64,000 nt of DNA from Spirochaetia bacterium (GCA_963668315.1 OY764216.1:1664001-1728000), one strand, 5' to 3'; shown: positions 29,542 through 39,054, counted from the stretch's first letter. Made by a program: numbers and translations. The notes: generated by a model from the letters alone, not told the origin.

Positions 29542-30583
29542 GGGAGTGGGCCTTGAAGAGGCAGTAGACCTTTGATCCCTCCCTGAGCTTAAGTTCCTCC
29601 GCCGAATGGGGTGTTATCTCGGCGGTCAGAGTCATTTCTCCTTCCACGCGGCAGAAGAGTTTGTTCTCCAGGGAAATCATCTTCGTCAGGGTTCCGGGAA
29701 TCTGGTTCTGCATGGAGATGTGGGGGGCGTGGGACAGGGACAGGGCTATCTCATGGGGGGGCAGGGTCAGGACATTTCCCTTCTCCGGAGCAAAGGGGAC
29801 TTTCAGAAGGGCCCCGGGAAATTCTTTCACCCTGCAGTCGTACAGGGACGGAGCGGACAGGGTGCTCTCTTCAATGGTGAATGTGTTGACCGGCCCGGAT
29901 TTGAAAAGAACCCTATGGCGGGAATCCATCAGGCTGCCTATGTTACCGAAACCGGAACAGCGCCCCCCCTCGAGAAGGTAAACCGTGGATGTCAGCCTCT
30001 GGATATCGGGCAAGTCATGGCTTATCACCAGCATGGGAATATCCAGGCTGTCGCGAAGTCTTTTGAGATAGGGCAGCATGGTTATCCGGCGGGAGTTGTC
30101 CACCGCATTGAAAGGTTCATCCATAAGGAGCATCTCCGGCGAGGTGAGAAGAGCCCGGCCTATGGCCACCCGCTGCTGTTCTCCCCCTGAGATTGCATAG
30201 GGATAGGAGTCGAGGAGGTCGCCCAGATCCAGAAGATCCAGGGTATCGGATAAACGGATCGTCTCCTTTTTACTATATTTCTGACCGAAGAGCAGATTCT
30301 CCCTTACCGTCATATGGGGAAAAAGGCGCTTATCCTGAAAGACAACGCCCATCCTTCTTTTATGGACCGGCTCGAAAATCCTTTTCTCACTGTCCACAAT
30401 TGTTCTTCCGTTAAGGGTAATTTGCCCTCTGGAGGGATTTTCCAGCCCGCACAGAAGATGGAAGAAGGAGGTCTTTCCCGCTCCGGACGGCCCGAAAACT
30501 CCGGTTATACCCTTTTCGAAAGTTCCCTCCAGCTTCAGAAGAAAATCCCTGCGGGGGAGTTCTACGTCAAATTTCAATGCCAT
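29531..30583 (-). CDS. modC: Molybdate ABC transporter ATPase
   Basis: GPSGAGKT, SGGEQQRVAIGRALL, C-terminal TOBE (SMQNQIPG...AEIT..S...L.L). Confidence 0.93.
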   Translation of the reverse strand: MALKFDVELPRRDFLLKLEGTFEKGITGVFGPSGAGKTSFFHLLCGLENPSRGQITLNGRTIVDSEKRIFEPVHKRRMGVVFQDKRLFPHMTVRENLLFGQKYSKKETIRLSDTLDLLDLGDLLDSYPYAISGGEQQRVAIGRALLTSPEMLLMDEPFNAVDNSRRITMLPYLKRLRDSLDIPMLVISHDLPDIQRLTSTVYLLEGGRCSGFGNIGSLMDSRHRVLFKSGPVNTFTIEESTLSAPSLYDCRVKEFPGALLKVPFAPEKGNVLTLPPHEIALSLSHAPHISMQNQIPGTLTKMISLENKLFCRVEGEMTLTAEITPHSAEELKLREGSKVYCLFKAHSLSG

Positions 30584-31271
30584 GGCTTCTCTGCCTCCTG
30601 TAGTGCGATTTTCCGTTCAGCCGGGAAGAGAGGAACATGGCCGCGAAGGATACGATAATGGACACCATGACCAGAAGGGCGGCTTCCTTCTCCTTGCCGG
30701 GGATCTGGAGAAAGGAGTAGACCGAGAGGGGAATGGTCCGGGTTTCCCCTTTTATATTTCCCGCGAAAGTCATGGTGGCCCCGAACTCTCCCATGCTTCT
30801 GGCAAATCCCAGAACGGCGCCGTTGATCACGCCGGGCATGATAAGGGGAAGTGTCACCCGCAGAAATACCGATTTCCTGTCGGCTCCCAGCGTCATGGCC
30901 GCCTTTTCCAGGCGGACATCCACCATCTCCATGGACTGCCTGATGCTTCTGACAACCAGGGGAAAGGACACGGTCATGGAGGCGATGACCGCCGCCGCGG
31001 CCGTAAAGGCGATGCGAATACCGAACAGATTAAAGAGAACGGAACCGATGAGCCCCTTCTTCCCCAGAATATAGAGGAGAACGTACCCCGTCGTGACGGG
31101 AGGCATGACCAGGGGCAGGCTGATAATCCCTTCCAGGGCATCCTTGCCCCTTATTCTGCTGTGGACAAGGACATAGACCGTCCCCAGAGCCAGGGGGAGG
31201 TTGATCAGCGTCGCCAGAAAACCGACTTTCAGTGACAGAAAAAGGGTTTCCAGTACATCGGTTCCGCTCAT
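30567..31271 (-). CDS. modB: Molybdate ABC transporter permease
   Basis: LPLVMPPVTTGY, FARSMGEFGAT..FAGNI.GET.TIPL. Confidence 0.95.
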   Translation of the reverse strand: MSGTDVLETLFLSLKVGFLATLINLPLALGTVYVLVHSRIRGKDALEGIISLPLVMPPVTTGYVLLYILGKKGLIGSVLFNLFGIRIAFTAAAAVIASMTVSFPLVVRSIRQSMEMVDVRLEKAAMTLGADRKSVFLRVTLPLIMPGVINGAVLGFARSMGEFGATMTFAGNIKGETRTIPLSVYSFLQIPGKEKEAALLVMVSIIVSFAAMFLSSRLNGKSHYRRQRSHGIEI

Positions 31272-31273
31272 GC

Positions 31274-32068
31274 CTACTCTCCGTCTATCAGACTGAAACC
31301 GTATTTGGCGTAAAGTTCCTTGACTTCGTCCGACTCAAGGAGGAAGCGGTAGAACATTTCCCCCTCCGGTGAGCTGTCTTTGAGCAGGGCGGTGTAGTAG
31401 TGGATGGGGGTGTGCGATTCCTCGGGAAACCGTCCCACGATAACGACTTTGTCCGATTTGGCCGCATCCGTTTCATAAACGATGCCCCGTTCCGCCTCAT
31501 CCCGCTCTACCACGGCCATGGCCGACCTGACGTCGGTGCCGGGCAGGAAGCGGTCCTCCAGGGAACCGGTCCATCCGAAGTAATCCAGAGCTTCCATGGC
31601 GTATTTCCCCGCGGGGACATGGGCCGGGTCTCCTATGGAGAGGCGCCCGGAGAAGCTGTCCGGAAAGGGGAGGGAACTGTTGATTTCCGAGACGCTGGCG
31701 TCCGTTCCCAGGGGGGCAATGAGGACCAGCTTGTTCTTTATGAAGGAGGTGCTTTCCGAAGCGGCGCCCAGCTCATTCACATAGGTCATCCATTTTTCGG
31801 AAGCCGAAATATACACATCCACCGGGGCGCCCTCTTCTATCTGCTTTGCCAGGGTCCCGCTCGATGCGGGATTGATTTTTACTTCGACTCCCGTTTCCCC
31901 TTGGAAAAGAGAACCGATATCCTCAACCAGATCGGTCGTACTGGCGGCGGCAAACAGGGTAATGCTGCCTGTCCCTTCCGAAGGCGAAGCTTTTTCCGCA
32001 TTTCCCCCGGCGGTCAGAGCTGCCATGGATATGAGCGTGATAAACAATAAATAAAACCCTTTCTTCAT
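31274..32068 (-). CDS. modA: Molybdate ABC transporter binding protein
   Basis: FAAAS, ASSGTLAKQIEEGAP.D, GDPAHVPAGKYA, GIVYETDA. Confidence 0.95.
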   Translation of the reverse strand: MKKGFYLLFITLISMAALTAGGNAEKASPSEGTGSITLFAAASTTDLVEDIGSLFQGETGVEVKINPASSGTLAKQIEEGAPVDVYISASEKWMTYVNELGAASESTSFIKNKLVLIAPLGTDASVSEINSSLPFPDSFSGRLSIGDPAHVPAGKYAMEALDYFGWTGSLEDRFLPGTDVRSAMAVVERDEAERGIVYETDAAKSDKVVIVGRFPEESHTPIHYYTALLKDSSPEGEMFYRFLLESDEVKELYAKYGFSLIDGE

Positions 32069-32170
32069 ACAAATCTCTCCTTTGGTTGCATAGGCGGGCA
32101 GGTTAGGAAGTAACCGGTCTGCCTAAGGTTGCATAGGCCATCAGATTACAGAGTAACCTTCCTACCTTGT
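32069..32170 (-). promoter_or_regulatory. Structured 5' leader of modABC with tandem 32-nt motif (candidate cis-regulatory RNA)
   Basis: GGTTACT-N13-GCCTATGCAACC occurs twice with a 43-nt period; second copy abuts the RBS. Confidence 0.6.
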
Positions 32171-32181
32171 TTAACCTATAA

Positions 32182-32197
32182 ACAAGAAGTGTGCCAA
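32182..32197 (-). promoter_or_regulatory. Sigma-54-like promoter of modABC
   Basis: TTGGCACACTTCTTGT: correct -24/-12 spacing, TTGT in place of TTGC. Confidence 0.6.
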
Positions 32198-32251
32198 GAG
32201 GATAAGTCTCGTTTTGTCACGTTTTATCACGCTATGTTGCTTTTTGTTTGG

Positions 32252-32291
32252 GACATTCAGGTATTATCTTGAGGAGATATACCTGAATGTC
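32252..32291. terminator. Hairpin downstream of the MCP gene
   Basis: 13-bp perfect inverted repeat GACATTCAGGTAT/ATACCTGAATGTC. Confidence 0.6.
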
Positions 32292-32302
32292 GTTTTTTCT
32301 TG

Positions 32303-34234
32303 TCAGTCCTCCAGGGAGATCAGATTCCTTTCTTCCTCTTCTCCGATCTTGAAGAAAGCCACAAGATCTATCATAGCCTGGGCTTGGGAATCAAGTTCCT
32401 CCGACATGGCCGCCATATTCTCGGAAACGCTCACGTTCTGCTGAACGACGGTGTTCATCTGTATAATGGCGCTGTTGACCTGCTCGGCTCCCGAGCTCTG
32501 CTCACGGCTTGCCGAGGATATCTCCTGTATGAAGCTGGCCGTTTCTCCTATCTGCGGTACCATCGCGGAAATAATCTGTCCCGCCTTCTCGGCTTTGATC
32601 ACGTTGTCTCCGGCGATCTGGGTAATGCCGGAAGCGGCTTCCGAACTGTTTACGGCCAGTTTTCGTACCTCCGAGGCTACGACGGCGAATCCCTTACCCG
32701 CTTCGCCGGCTCTTGCCGCTTCAATGGCGGCATTCAGTGCCAGCATGTTGGTATTGCGGGAAATATCCTCTATGACGGCGATTTTCTCGGCGATATCCTT
32801 GATCGCCTGCACCGTTTCGGTCACGGCGTCACCCCCGTCCACCGCAGCATAGGAGACCTTCTCGGCCAGACTGTTGGATGTGGCGGCGTTCTCCGTGTTC
32901 TGCTGGATATTGGCGGTCAGCTCTTCCATGCTGGAGGAGATCTCCTCCACGCTGGCGGCCTGCTCATTGGCTCCTTCTGAGATTCTTATGGCCGATTCAT
33001 TCAGCTGGCTGCTGCCCTCTTTGAACTGTTCCGTACTCTGCCGTATATTGGTTATGATCCGGATCAGGTTCTCCTTCATGTTGTTCAGGGCTGTCGCCAG
33101 GCTGCCTAGCTCGTCCCTATGGGTGTATTCGAACCGGGCCGACAGGTTTCCCGTGGAAATCTCGTCGGCAAAGAGCACGGCTTTCTTCAAAGGACCGGTT
33201 ATGCTTCTGGAAATGAGCGAGAGGGCTATGATCATGACGACAATCATGACGATGGCGAGAAGCAGTATATTCCTGAGCATTATCATGGAGGAACGGTTGA
33301 TTTCCGATTGGGGGATCTGTGCCATGATATACCAGGTGTTCCCGCTGTTTCCTAACTCCAGCGGCCTGAGTGAGGCAAAAAACGTATCATCCCCGGATGC
33401 CGATTCATAGGTGAAGCTGAAGGGCTTCTTGGAATTAATTTCTCTTTTGATCTCCGATGAAACCCAGGGAAAATAGGAAATATTCTGTTTGAGGGCCTTT
33501 TCGTCCTTTGTCGAGACAATCCCGTCCCCTTCGGAAACAAGGGTCAGGAAACCGGTATCGTAGATAGAGACCTGGCTTATGGCGTCATGGAGAGAGCCTA
33601 TCTCGAAGTCGCACCCCACCACGCCGATATGTCTGCCGTTCCGGTCGTAAAGAGGCGCCGAGATGGCCACCACCGTCTGTATTCCGTCGGGATACTCAAA
33701 ATCAAAGAAATCGCTCACGGTTATCCGTTTTCTGTCCCTGGCTCCCGTATACCAGATATCGGCTTCCGGGTCTCCCGAAGGAACATTCACATATACGTCG
33801 TCTTCCAAAAGCCAGGCGCTGTACTGGCCCGTTTCCCCGTAACGTTCCGTGCCGGCGAACTCTTCATCCCGGTCATCGAAAGTACCCGGTTCGAAGGTTA
33901 CCCATGTATCGTAGACGCGGCTTTCCACCCGTCCCCGGTCGTACCAGGCCTTCAGCATGGCCGTGGCTGTTTCCCGGGAGGGGCTTTCCGAGGCGGCCAG
34001 GGTTTCCATCGCGTCGCTCATGGCCGCCGTTTCACTGAGGGTTGTCCCGAAGATCTGGAGAACATACTGCCCGTAATGTTCGGTATATTCCCCTGCAAGA
34101 AGTTCGGCATTCATATTTGCCTGGGCGAGGGTGGTCGAACGGGTATAGAAATAGAATCCCGTCATGGCAATTATGACAAGAAGGGCTAGAAGGGTATTCA
34201 GCTTCTGGCTGATTTTTAAGTCGGAAAATCTCAT
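32303..34234 (-). CDS. Methyl-accepting chemotaxis protein (dCache-HAMP-MCP)
   Basis: Two TM helices, Cache-like periplasmic region, HAMP (DELGSLA), [26 protein letters not shown]. Confidence 0.95.
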   Translation of the reverse strand: MRFSDLKISQKLNTLLALLVIIAMTGFYFYTRSTTLAQANMNAELLAGEYTEHYGQYVLQIFGTTLSETAAMSDAMETLAASESPSRETATAMLKAWYDRGRVESRVYDTWVTFEPGTFDDRDEEFAGTERYGETGQYSAWLLEDDVYVNVPSGDPEADIWYTGARDRKRITVSDFFDFEYPDGIQTVVAISAPLYDRNGRHIGVVGCDFEIGSLHDAISQVSIYDTGFLTLVSEGDGIVSTKDEKALKQNISYFPWVSSEIKREINSKKPFSFTYESASGDDTFFASLRPLELGNSGNTWYIMAQIPQSEINRSSMIMLRNILLLAIVMIVVMIIALSLISRSITGPLKKAVLFADEISTGNLSARFEYTHRDELGSLATALNNMKENLIRIITNIRQSTEQFKEGSSQLNESAIRISEGANEQAASVEEISSSMEELTANIQQNTENAATSNSLAEKVSYAAVDGGDAVTETVQAIKDIAEKIAVIEDISRNTNMLALNAAIEAARAGEAGKGFAVVASEVRKLAVNSSEAASGITQIAGDNVIKAEKAGQIISAMVPQIGETASFIQEISSASREQSSGAEQVNSAIIQMNTVVQQNVSVSENMAAMSEELDSQAQAMIDLVAFFKIGEEEERNLISLED

Positions 34235-34322
34235 TTTATTACCTTTTTGTAAATTGATTCATTAAGTTTAATGGTAAACAGGGTACTTTTCCAATTATTT
34301 TTGACTAAACACCGAAAAATCA

Positions 34323-34346
34323 ATCCGGGAGGCATAATTCCCGGAT
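34323..34346 (-). terminator. Probable terminator hairpin
   Basis: ATCCGGGA/TCCCGGAT stem followed by TGATTTT on the minus strand. Confidence 0.45.
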
Positions 34347-34513
34347 CGGGGGCTGTCATTCTGACCATGAGTGTTCTGCGTCTCTCCACCTCTTTGATTT
34401 CCCTGTCATACTCATTGGCTGCAGAGAACGGTCTGATATCCCGTTCCGCTCTGTTACGGGGAGATTATGGCACGGCTAATATGACGGCCCTGTGTCATGA
34501 TAGGAAATTATAA

Positions 34514-34671
34514 TCAGTATTTTCCGGCGATCTTCGCGGCCCTCTCCTTCAGAATGGCTTTGAGCCTTTCCGAGTCCACCGCTTCCCTGACGGCGTATCC
34601 CCCGCCGGGGCGCTGACCAGTACGTTATTGAGAAGGTAGACGATGATGGAGAGGAGCCGGTCTATTTTCAC
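34514..34671 (-). pseudogene. Internally deleted YafY/WYL-family transcriptional regulator remnant
   Basis: GTG start overlapping the thpR stop gives MKIDRLLSIIVYLLNNVLVSA, then in a shifted frame PGGGYAVREAVDSERLKAILKERAAKIAGKY*. Confidence 0.7.
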
Positions 34672-35219
34672 GGTTTCATCCCTGTCAGACGGACGCTGTG
34701 GAGGGACCGGTAGACCGGATGGCCCGATTCATAGAGGCTTTCCATCAGTTCCGCCCTTCCCACGGTGACGGGAGGGAGGGACAGGTGCTCCTTCTCCAGC
34801 TCCTTCAGGCGGCTGTAGGGGAGGCGGGCATTTCTCACGAGTGTCACATGGGGCTTTAATTCCCGCCGGTCCCCCCTGTCGATACTCTCCCTTATCAGGC
34901 GGGACAGATGGGCAAGTTCCCCGTCCCGGTCCCGGGCTTTGAGGAAAATCAGATCCCCCTCCCTCTGCCTGAAGTGGCCGTACCCGTTGAAAACCAGGCG
35001 AAAGGGAGCGGTGCCTTCGGCGGCTTTTTCGAGGGCTTCTTTGAAAAGGGGCAGCTCCTCCTCTTCGGCGGGACCTATGAAGTGAAGGGTGATGTGAAAA
35101 TTCTCCGCCCGGCTCCAGTTTCCCCGGGAAATCAGGGGGCGGAGACTGTTCTGCCTTTTCCCTATGGCGGAGATCATTTCCCGTGAGAAGTTAACCGCAT
35201 AGAAAAGTCTCCTTCCCAT
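34668..35219 (-). CDS. thpR: RNA 2',3'-cyclic phosphodiesterase (2H family)
   Basis: RLFYAV start, two HxT motifs (FHITLHFIG, PHVTLVR); ATG overlaps the sbcB stop. Confidence 0.9.
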   Translation of the reverse strand: MGRRLFYAVNFSREMISAIGKRQNSLRPLISRGNWSRAENFHITLHFIGPAEEEELPLFKEALEKAAEGTAPFRLVFNGYGHFRQREGDLIFLKARDRDGELAHLSRLIRESIDRGDRRELKPHVTLVRNARLPYSRLKELEKEHLSLPPVTVGRAELMESLYESGHPVYRSLHSVRLTGMKP

Positions 35220-36691
35220 CACTCCTTCCCGTAACTTAAGATCTCCCTTTCCAGGTAATCGGCGTAATCGCTCAGGGTTTTGATGATCACCTTGCCCCGG
35301 GCGTCCACCTCTTCGGACCGGCGCAGATTCTCCAGCCTTTTGCGGAATTCCCCGAAGTCCGAGGCGTTTTTCACCGGCGGAAACAGGAGCCGGCCCGCGC
35401 AGTAGCTGCGCCACTGTCTGGCCCGGTCTTCCGGAAGGGTCTCGGGATAGTTGCGTCCCACGAAGCGGCGCAGCATTTCGGGAAGACGGGGGTCCCGGAA
35501 GGGCGGACGGAGTTTGTACAGATTCTCCGGAAGGGTGTTGTGCACCAGTTCGAAGCAGGATTTGTCATCGTCCCGGAAGAATCCTCCCGAGTATATCTGC
35601 ACGTCCGGGTCTTCCTTTACCGGAGGGGCCGTGGGGTCCTGTTCGGCTTTTTCGAATACCTGGCGCACCTTCTGGATGATCTCCCGGTGCTGCATGAGCT
35701 TGTGCCTGTGGAGTTCGCACCGGACCCGGTCCAGGCCCAGCCGGTCGGCCGCTTCGGAGGTCAGCGTGGAGAGGGGGGCGAGTATGGGGCATTTATTGAT
35801 ATGGATGCCCTTGACGGGAATGCGCGGCGTATCTCCCAGCTCTTCGGACCGGGTGAAAATGCGGCGGCGTATTTCCTCCACGGGGAGGTCTATGAGGGGC
35901 TGGGGATCTATGCGCAGATCATAAAAGTAGAGGCAGTTCCGGTTGGAGGGATCCACCGTGAGTGGGGCCATGATAGTGGTGCATCCCTTTTCCGAAGAGA
36001 GCATCCCCGACGTATGGAGGAGGGGCGTCATCTTCTCCAGGTTTACAAGGGGGCGGAGGGCGTTTTTGGTCCGTTTGTCAAAGGCCCATTTGAACAGGCG
36101 GGGCTGTCTCTTCTGTATCATCCGGGCCACTTCTATGGTGGCGTAGACGTCTGAGAGGGCGTCGTGGGCGTGCTGATGGCCTATCTTGTTGGCTTCGGTC
36201 AGCTTTTCCAGCCTGATGGTGGGACGCCCCGTCTCATCGCTGACCGGCCAGACGATACCTTCGGGGCGCAGATCCCGGGTCACTCTGACCAGATCGATAA
36301 TGTCCCAGCGGCTGTTTCCCCCGGACCACTCCCGCATATAGGGATCCATGAAATTGCGGTAATAGAGATTTCTGATAAACTCATCGTCGAAGCGGATGCT
36401 GTTGAAGCCGGTCACCGTGGTGCCCGGACGGGACATCTCCCTGTCAATCGCCCGGATGAATTCGTACTCAGAGACGCCCTTCTCCAGGGTCTCCTGGGGG
36501 GTGATGCCCGTGACAAGGCAGGCCTTGGGGTCGGGAATATAATCGGGAGGGATCCGGCAGTATAGTACGACCGGATCTTCCACCGGTTCAAAGTTGTCGT
36601 CGGTACGGACCGCGGCGAACTGGGCCACCCTGTCCCAGACGGGATTGGTGCCGAAAGTTTCCAGGTCGTACCAGAGAATTGTCTGGGCCAT
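35219..36691 (-). CDS. sbcB: Exodeoxyribonuclease I
   Basis: YDLETFG, GFNSIRFDDEFIR, AHDALSDVYAT, INKCPILAP, YSGGFF. Confidence 0.93.
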   Translation of the reverse strand: MAQTILWYDLETFGTNPVWDRVAQFAAVRTDDNFEPVEDPVVLYCRIPPDYIPDPKACLVTGITPQETLEKGVSEYEFIRAIDREMSRPGTTVTGFNSIRFDDEFIRNLYYRNFMDPYMREWSGGNSRWDIIDLVRVTRDLRPEGIVWPVSDETGRPTIRLEKLTEANKIGHQHAHDALSDVYATIEVARMIQKRQPRLFKWAFDKRTKNALRPLVNLEKMTPLLHTSGMLSSEKGCTTIMAPLTVDPSNRNCLYFYDLRIDPQPLIDLPVEEIRRRIFTRSEELGDTPRIPVKGIHINKCPILAPLSTLTSEAADRLGLDRVRCELHRHKLMQHREIIQKVRQVFEKAEQDPTAPPVKEDPDVQIYSGGFFRDDDKSCFELVHNTLPENLYKLRPPFRDPRLPEMLRRFVGRNYPETLPEDRARQWRSYCAGRLLFPPVKNASDFGEFRKRLENLRRSEEVDARGKVIIKTLSDYADYLEREILSYGKE

Positions 36692-36805
36692 GGGGGTATT
36701 GTAGGTGAATCGGTCCGCTTGAACAAGAGGGCTTTTCCGGGAGATAATGTTTGACAGGGCGGCTTCGGAGTAGGAGAATTCAAGATAGCCCTACAGGGGG
36801 AGATC

Positions 36806-37786
36806 ATGACGAAACTGGACGAGTTAGCCGCGCTGCTCAGGGAAGCGCCCGATGAGATTTTCATTCAGCCTCACAATGTTCCCGATCCCGACGCCATCGC
36901 CTCCTGCTTCGGCCTTCAGTATCTTCTGTCCGTCCGGGGCGTGAAAACGGTTATCGTCTATGATAACGAGGTGGAGAAGGCCAATTCCCTTAAAATGCTG
37001 GAACTCTTCGGGATAACCATGGTCAAGGCCTGCGATGTGGCGACAATGGGGGAGGAGGACTGGACGATTCTTGTGGATGTACAGAAGCACAATTCCAACG
37101 TTACCGATCTGGTGACCGACGAAGTGGCCTGCATCGATCACCATGAAGCGAACGGCCTGGATCAGGGCTGCCGTTTCATCGATCTGCGCCCCGAAGCAGG
37201 AGCCTGTTCCAGCATCATCGCCGAATATTTCTGGGAGAACGGCATCGATTTTCCCCGGAAGGTGGCCACCGCTCTTCTATACGGGATATTCATGGATACG
37301 GCGGATCTCTCCCGGGGCGTTTCCGAACTGGATATTAATATGTTCTACCGGCTATACCGGCTGTCGGATATCTCCCTTATCACCGAACTGAAGGGAAATC
37401 AGATTAGCCAGAGCGACCTGAACGATTACGCCCGGGCCTTCGAGTCGGTGGAGATCTATGACGAAGTGGGGTTTCTTTACCTGGATAACTGCAACGATTC
37501 ATTGCTGGGCGCGGCGGGGGATATGGTCCTCTCAATCGCGGGCGTGAATGTGGTGGTGGCCTATTCTCCCCGGCCGGAGGGGATCAAGTTCTCCCTGCGC
37601 AGTATCGACGGGATGGTCAGCGCCGAGGACATGGTCAAGAATCTTCTCAAGGATATGGGATTCGGCGGCGGTCACCGCTCCATGGCCGGCGGATTTCTTC
37701 CCCGGGAAAATATGCCGGATAACCGGAGTATCCACACCTTCGTTCGTCACCGGGCCATCTCCTATCTGGAGTCATGCCGATTATAA
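36806..37786 (+). CDS. DHH/DHHA1-family phosphoesterase
   Basis: HNVPDPDAI, IDHH, GIFMDT, GGGH..MAGG. Confidence 0.9.
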   Translation: MTKLDELAALLREAPDEIFIQPHNVPDPDAIASCFGLQYLLSVRGVKTVIVYDNEVEKANSLKMLELFGITMVKACDVATMGEEDWTILVDVQKHNSNVTDLVTDEVACIDHHEANGLDQGCRFIDLRPEAGACSSIIAEYFWENGIDFPRKVATALLYGIFMDTADLSRGVSELDINMFYRLYRLSDISLITELKGNQISQSDLNDYARAFESVEIYDEVGFLYLDNCNDSLLGAAGDMVLSIAGVNVVVAYSPRPEGIKFSLRSIDGMVSAEDMVKNLLKDMGFGGGHRSMAGGFLPRENMPDNRSIHTFVRHRAISYLESCRL

Positions 37787-37822
37787 AGAAGCCCGGTAAC
37801 ATAATTGTTCCGGGCCAATGTT

Positions 37823-37999
37823 TTACATATTCCTGAATCTCTGGGCATCCAGATATTCCGCCGTCACGATATCCGCTCTGGAAGTGTAGCTGCGGATTCC
37901 ATAGAGCCAGCCTTTTCTCATCAGATTACAAATCTTCTGACATCCCCGATTATCCCGGGTAAGCCGACTTTTGCAAATAAGGTCTATGAGTCTTTTCAT
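37823..37999 (-). CDS. Small basic protein (58 aa), below the ORF-track cutoff
   Basis: GGAGG RBS 5 nt before ATG; MKRLIDLICKSRLTRDNRGCQKICNLMRKGWLYGIRSYTSRADIVTAEYLDAQRFRNM. Confidence 0.5.
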   Translation of the reverse strand: MKRLIDLICKSRLTRDNRGCQKICNLMRKGWLYGIRSYTSRADIVTAEYLDAQRFRNM

Positions 38000-38253
38000 A
38001 GGGCCCTCCCTTGGGTTTGAATAATCGTCCCCGGCTATTTAAGGGTACCCCCTTTTCTTCAGCCCGTCTGGATGATGAGTCTATCCTCGCAGGATTGGGA
38101 GTTCCTTCCAAGTGGGGATTTATTTTTTAATTGAAAATTCCCTAAAAGTCGTTTCTACGCAAAAGAATATTCGCGATTTCCTCGGGAAAAGATTATAATA
38201 AAAGGGGATAGGGCGAATCGGAGGAACGGGAGAAAATTCCGGGGAGGACTTCT

Positions 38254-39054
38254 ATGGATTACCGGATTGTCGATGTGGATGAAAGTAACAGGGACCGGTA
38301 CTGTGTCTGCTTTGAGGAGTGGTCCGATGAGATGAAGGAGGCCGGCGACAGGAAATGCCGCTGGTATGAAACCATGAAGGACCGGGGGCTGGGAGTCAAG
38401 CTCGCTGAGGATGGAGACGGAACTCTATCCGGGCTCATTCAGTATGTTCCCGCCGAATACGCACCCCTTACCGACGGCAACTATTACTTTATCTACTGCA
38501 TCTGGGTTCACGGCTATAAAAAAGGTATCGGAGACAGAAGGGGGCGGGGGATGGGACAGGCCCTGCTGAAAGCCGCCGAGGAGGATATCCTCCGCCGGGG
38601 TGCGGAGGGAATTGCCGCCTGGGGACTGTCCCTGCCTTTCTGGATGAAGGCGTCCTGGTACAGAAAACAGGGATACCGAACGGTTCAGAAGGACGGCATT
38701 CGCCGGCTGCTGTGGAAACCCTTGAAAGAAGATGCCGAGCCTCCCCGGTGGTACTCCCACAGGAAGCTTGGATTGAATCCCCCGGAGGGGAAGGTGACTG
38801 TCACCTCGGTGGTGAATGGTATCTGCCCCGTTTCCAATCTGGCCAATGTCAGGGCCGCCTCCGTATCCTCCGAATGGGGCCCGGATGTGATTTTCCGCGA
38901 GATAGACAGCACCGATCCTGACATTTTGCGGGAGTGGGGGGCGGATAATTCCCTCTATATCAATAACAGGGAGATAGTACTGGGACCGCCCCTCGGAAAG
39001 AAGAAAATCCGCAGGGCCATCGCCAGGGAGTTGAAGATCGCCGGGAGAAAATGA
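38254..39054 (+). CDS. GNAT acetyltransferase with C-terminal thioredoxin-like (YoaP-like) domain
   Basis: RRGRGMGQALL acetyl-CoA motif, IYCIWV, WYRKQGY. Confidence 0.85.
   Translation: MDYRIVDVDESNRDRYCVCFEEWSDEMKEAGDRKCRWYETMKDRGLGVKLAEDGDGTLSGLIQYVPAEYAPLTDGNYYFIYCIWVHGYKKGIGDRRGRGMGQALLKAAEEDILRRGAEGIAAWGLSLPFWMKASWYRKQGYRTVQKDGIRRLLWKPLKEDAEPPRWYSHRKLGLNPPEGKVTVTSVVNGICPVSNLANVRAASVSSEWGPDVIFREIDSTDPDILREWGADNSLYINNREIVLGPPLGKKKIRRAIARELKIAGRK

Noticed and set aside
32069..32200. Canonical Moco/Tuco riboswitch or ModE box upstream of modA
   Set aside because: I could not find the Moco riboswitch's GNRA-capped multi-stem pattern or a CGTTATATA-type ModE box; reported instead as a different candidate motif.
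35220..35414. N-terminal extension of thpR in the ORF track
   Set aside because: Overlaps sbcB in another frame; the family N-terminus begins at ATG 35219.
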